In this document: positions 62,390 through 64,000 of the stretch, piece after piece
How the letters are laid out: each line of letters begins with the position of its first letter
How positions within the stretch are numbered: the stretch's first letter is position 1
DNA from: Acholeplasmataceae bacterium
Lineage (GTDB): Bacteria > Bacillota_I > Bacilli_A > Acholeplasmatales > Acholeplasmataceae
DNA length: 64,000 bases
Assembly: GCA_963675245.1 (NCBI GenBank)
Contig: OY775910.1
Span: 544,001 to 608,000 of the forward strand
Direction of reading: 5' to 3'
Notes under the pieces: generated by a model
What the model saw: the letters and a program-made list of their open reading frames with translations, nothing else
Databases searched by the model: none
Told to the model about the DNA's origin: nothing
Made by a program: the position numbers and the translations under genes

Positions 62390-63184
62390 ATGGAAGAAAA
62401 ACTATTAAGTTTAAGAAAGTTTAATCGCAACATGGGTTTAGTTCACTTGGTACAAGCAATTATTATGCTGGTATTAGCGTTCACTGTAATTCAACAAATC
62501 AGTGAATTCACACCTACGATTACACAAAATTTCATTCAATATAACCCCACGACACAAGCTTTGGAAGTCGCAAGCAAGTCTTTATTTACATTACCGTTTG
62601 GTGTGTTGGTTGCTTCATTTTTATTCATTTCAGCACTCGCACACGCTTTAATTGCCCTACCTAAAGCAACCAATGATAAATACAATGCGGATTTGGCAAA
62701 AGGCATCAATCAGTTCAGATGGTATGAATATGCATTAAGTTCTTCTATCATGATCGTATTGATCGCAACTTTATTTGGTATTTATGATATTGCGTCACTA
62801 CTATTAATCTTTGTAGCGAATGCAACCATGAACCTCTTTGGTCTCTTTATGGAAAAATATAATGCGAATAGATCTGAAGGTGAAAAAGTACATTGGAGTC
62901 CATTTGTTTATGGTTCATTAATTGGTGCAGTGCCTTGGGCTGCTATCTTAATTTACATGTTTGGTACAGGTAATTATGCCGAAGTGCCTTGGTTTGTTTG
63001 GGCCATCTTAGGAAGTTATTTCGTAGCTTTCAATACGTTCCCAATCAATATGGTCTTACAATACAAAGGTGTTGGTAAATGGAAAGACTATCTTTATGGT
63101 GAACGTGTTTATATCACATTAAGTTTAGTAGCTAAAACCATTCTTGCGTGGCTCGTCTTCTTCGGAGCAATGCAACCCTCATAA
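62390..63184 (+). CDS. Heliorhodopsin
   Basis: LRKFN..HLVQA, SALAH, NQFRWYEYALSSSIM, YLYGERVYITLSLVAK (retinal-binding Lys); 7 TM. Confidence 0.96.
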   Translation: MEEKLLSLRKFNRNMGLVHLVQAIIMLVLAFTVIQQISEFTPTITQNFIQYNPTTQALEVASKSLFTLPFGVLVASFLFISALAHALIALPKATNDKYNADLAKGINQFRWYEYALSSSIMIVLIATLFGIYDIASLLLIFVANATMNLFGLFMEKYNANRSEGEKVHWSPFVYGSLIGAVPWAAILIYMFGTGNYAEVPWFVWAILGSYFVAFNTFPINMVLQYKGVGKWKDYLYGERVYITLSLVAKTILAWLVFFGAMQPS

Positions 63185-63201
63185 AAAACAAAATTAAAAT
63201 G

Positions 63202-63229
63202 ATTGCCGTTTAGTAACGGCAATTTTTTT
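63202..63229 (+). terminator. Intrinsic terminator after heliorhodopsin
   Basis: attgccgtt-tagt-aacggcaat plus T-run. Confidence 0.85.
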
Positions 63230-63306
63230 ATGCTTTTTATTGTTTTTAAATTTTGTTAAACAACAATGAAGATATTTGTTTTATAATATTTTTGGATGGT
63301 GAAATC

Positions 63307-64000
63307 ATGAAAAAAAATCCTATTACTTTAGAAACATATGTTGTCTTAATTTTGGTTCTACTTGTCTTTGTTTTATTTTCTATTGAGATGGGTGTTGCTT
63401 ATTTCATGAGCACGTTAATCAATACTGCTTTTTATCTATTAATCAATGTTGCTTTTTATATCATGGCTTTAGCCGTTCTTACTGGGGCAATCGCAGGTAT
63501 TTTTTCTGAATTTGGTGTATTATCACTGTTCAATATTATTTTATATCCTTTAGTACGCTTCATTTATAGATTACCTGGTGTTGCTGGTATCGGTGTATTA
63601 AGTGCTTATCTATCAGATAATCCTGCAATTATTAGTTTAATTCGCGAAAAAGAATTTAAAAAACGATTCAAAGATTATCAAATTCCGGTTTTAGTGAACT
63701 TGAGTACCAGCTTTGGTATGGGGTTGATTATAGCTGTTTTTTTCTTGACTTTACCTGCTAAATTAGGAAGTGAAGTCGATGGTTTTGGTAATTTCACAAC
63801 TGCCACTTTAATCGGTATTGTTGCTGCCGTCGTAGGTAGTATTGTATCCGTTGGGTTACTCACTTACTTCTCAAAAAAATATCATCATGTTCCTAAAAAG
63901 GATAAGCCGATTAAAACACTCGAGGGTGAAGAATATTATCGTGAAACCAGAAACGGATCTTTTGTTAATCGCTTTTTAGAAAGTGCACTTGATGGCGGAA
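63307..64000 (+). CDS. 5' part of a polytopic membrane protein (nucleoside-recognition Gate-like); runs off window edge
   Basis: Manual translation MKKNPITLETY..FSEFGV..YRLPGVAGIGVLSAYLSDNPAII..TSFGMG; not in ORF track. Confidence 0.7.
   Translation, partial: MKKNPITLETYVVLILVLLVFVLFSIEMGVAYFMSTLINTAFYLLINVAFYIMALAVLTGAIAGIFSEFGVLSLFNIILYPLVRFIYRLPGVAGIGVLSAYLSDNPAIISLIREKEFKKRFKDYQIPVLVNLSTSFGMGLIIAVFFLTLPAKLGSEVDGFGNFTTATLIGIVAAVVGSIVSVGLLTYFSKKYHHVPKKDKPIKTLEGEEYYRETRNGSFVNRFLESALDGG

Noticed and set aside
1541..63863. Many short ORF-track entries antisense to or nested in real genes (e.g. 1541-1771, 11702-12055, 25947-26462, 32594-33088, 44857-45363, 63678-63863)
   Set aside because: Shadow ORFs overlapping well-supported genes, with no RBS or recognisable motifs.

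Overview
AT-rich bacterial chromosome segment in genetic code 11 (gltX, purN and the NqrC-like gene end in TGA). Gene content and style suggest a free-living Acholeplasmatales-like mollicute; this is inference. Most of the window is housekeeping or metabolic: gltX, rplM-rpsI, divergent pyrR and uracil permease with a PyrR attenuator, an nqrBCDEF-like operon with no nqrA, an RND pump with TetR, a GH2 glycosidase, htpG, a GGDEF protein with a SecB-like gene, a guanine-riboswitch-controlled purEKLCFMNHD operon, pdxR/pdxST and a heliorhodopsin. The standout is a ~5.5 kb decaying Rhs/WapA-type polymorphic-toxin island (~690-6157). It is bracketed by a 106-bp direct repeat that duplicates the 3' end and terminator of a lipoprotein gene. 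Inside it are three same-orientation copies of a 22-bp palindrome (consensus GTACATTACTGGAGTAATGTAC, dif/Xer-like geometry). Two copies sit on the Rhs 'PVM(Y/F)xDxTG' junction at the head of orphan toxin-immunity cassettes and one is empty at the island edge. This suggests site-specific, integron-like toxin-tip cassette shuffling. No recombinase, tRNA, rRNA or CRISPR array was seen in the window. All family assignments come from motif recognition, not database searches.
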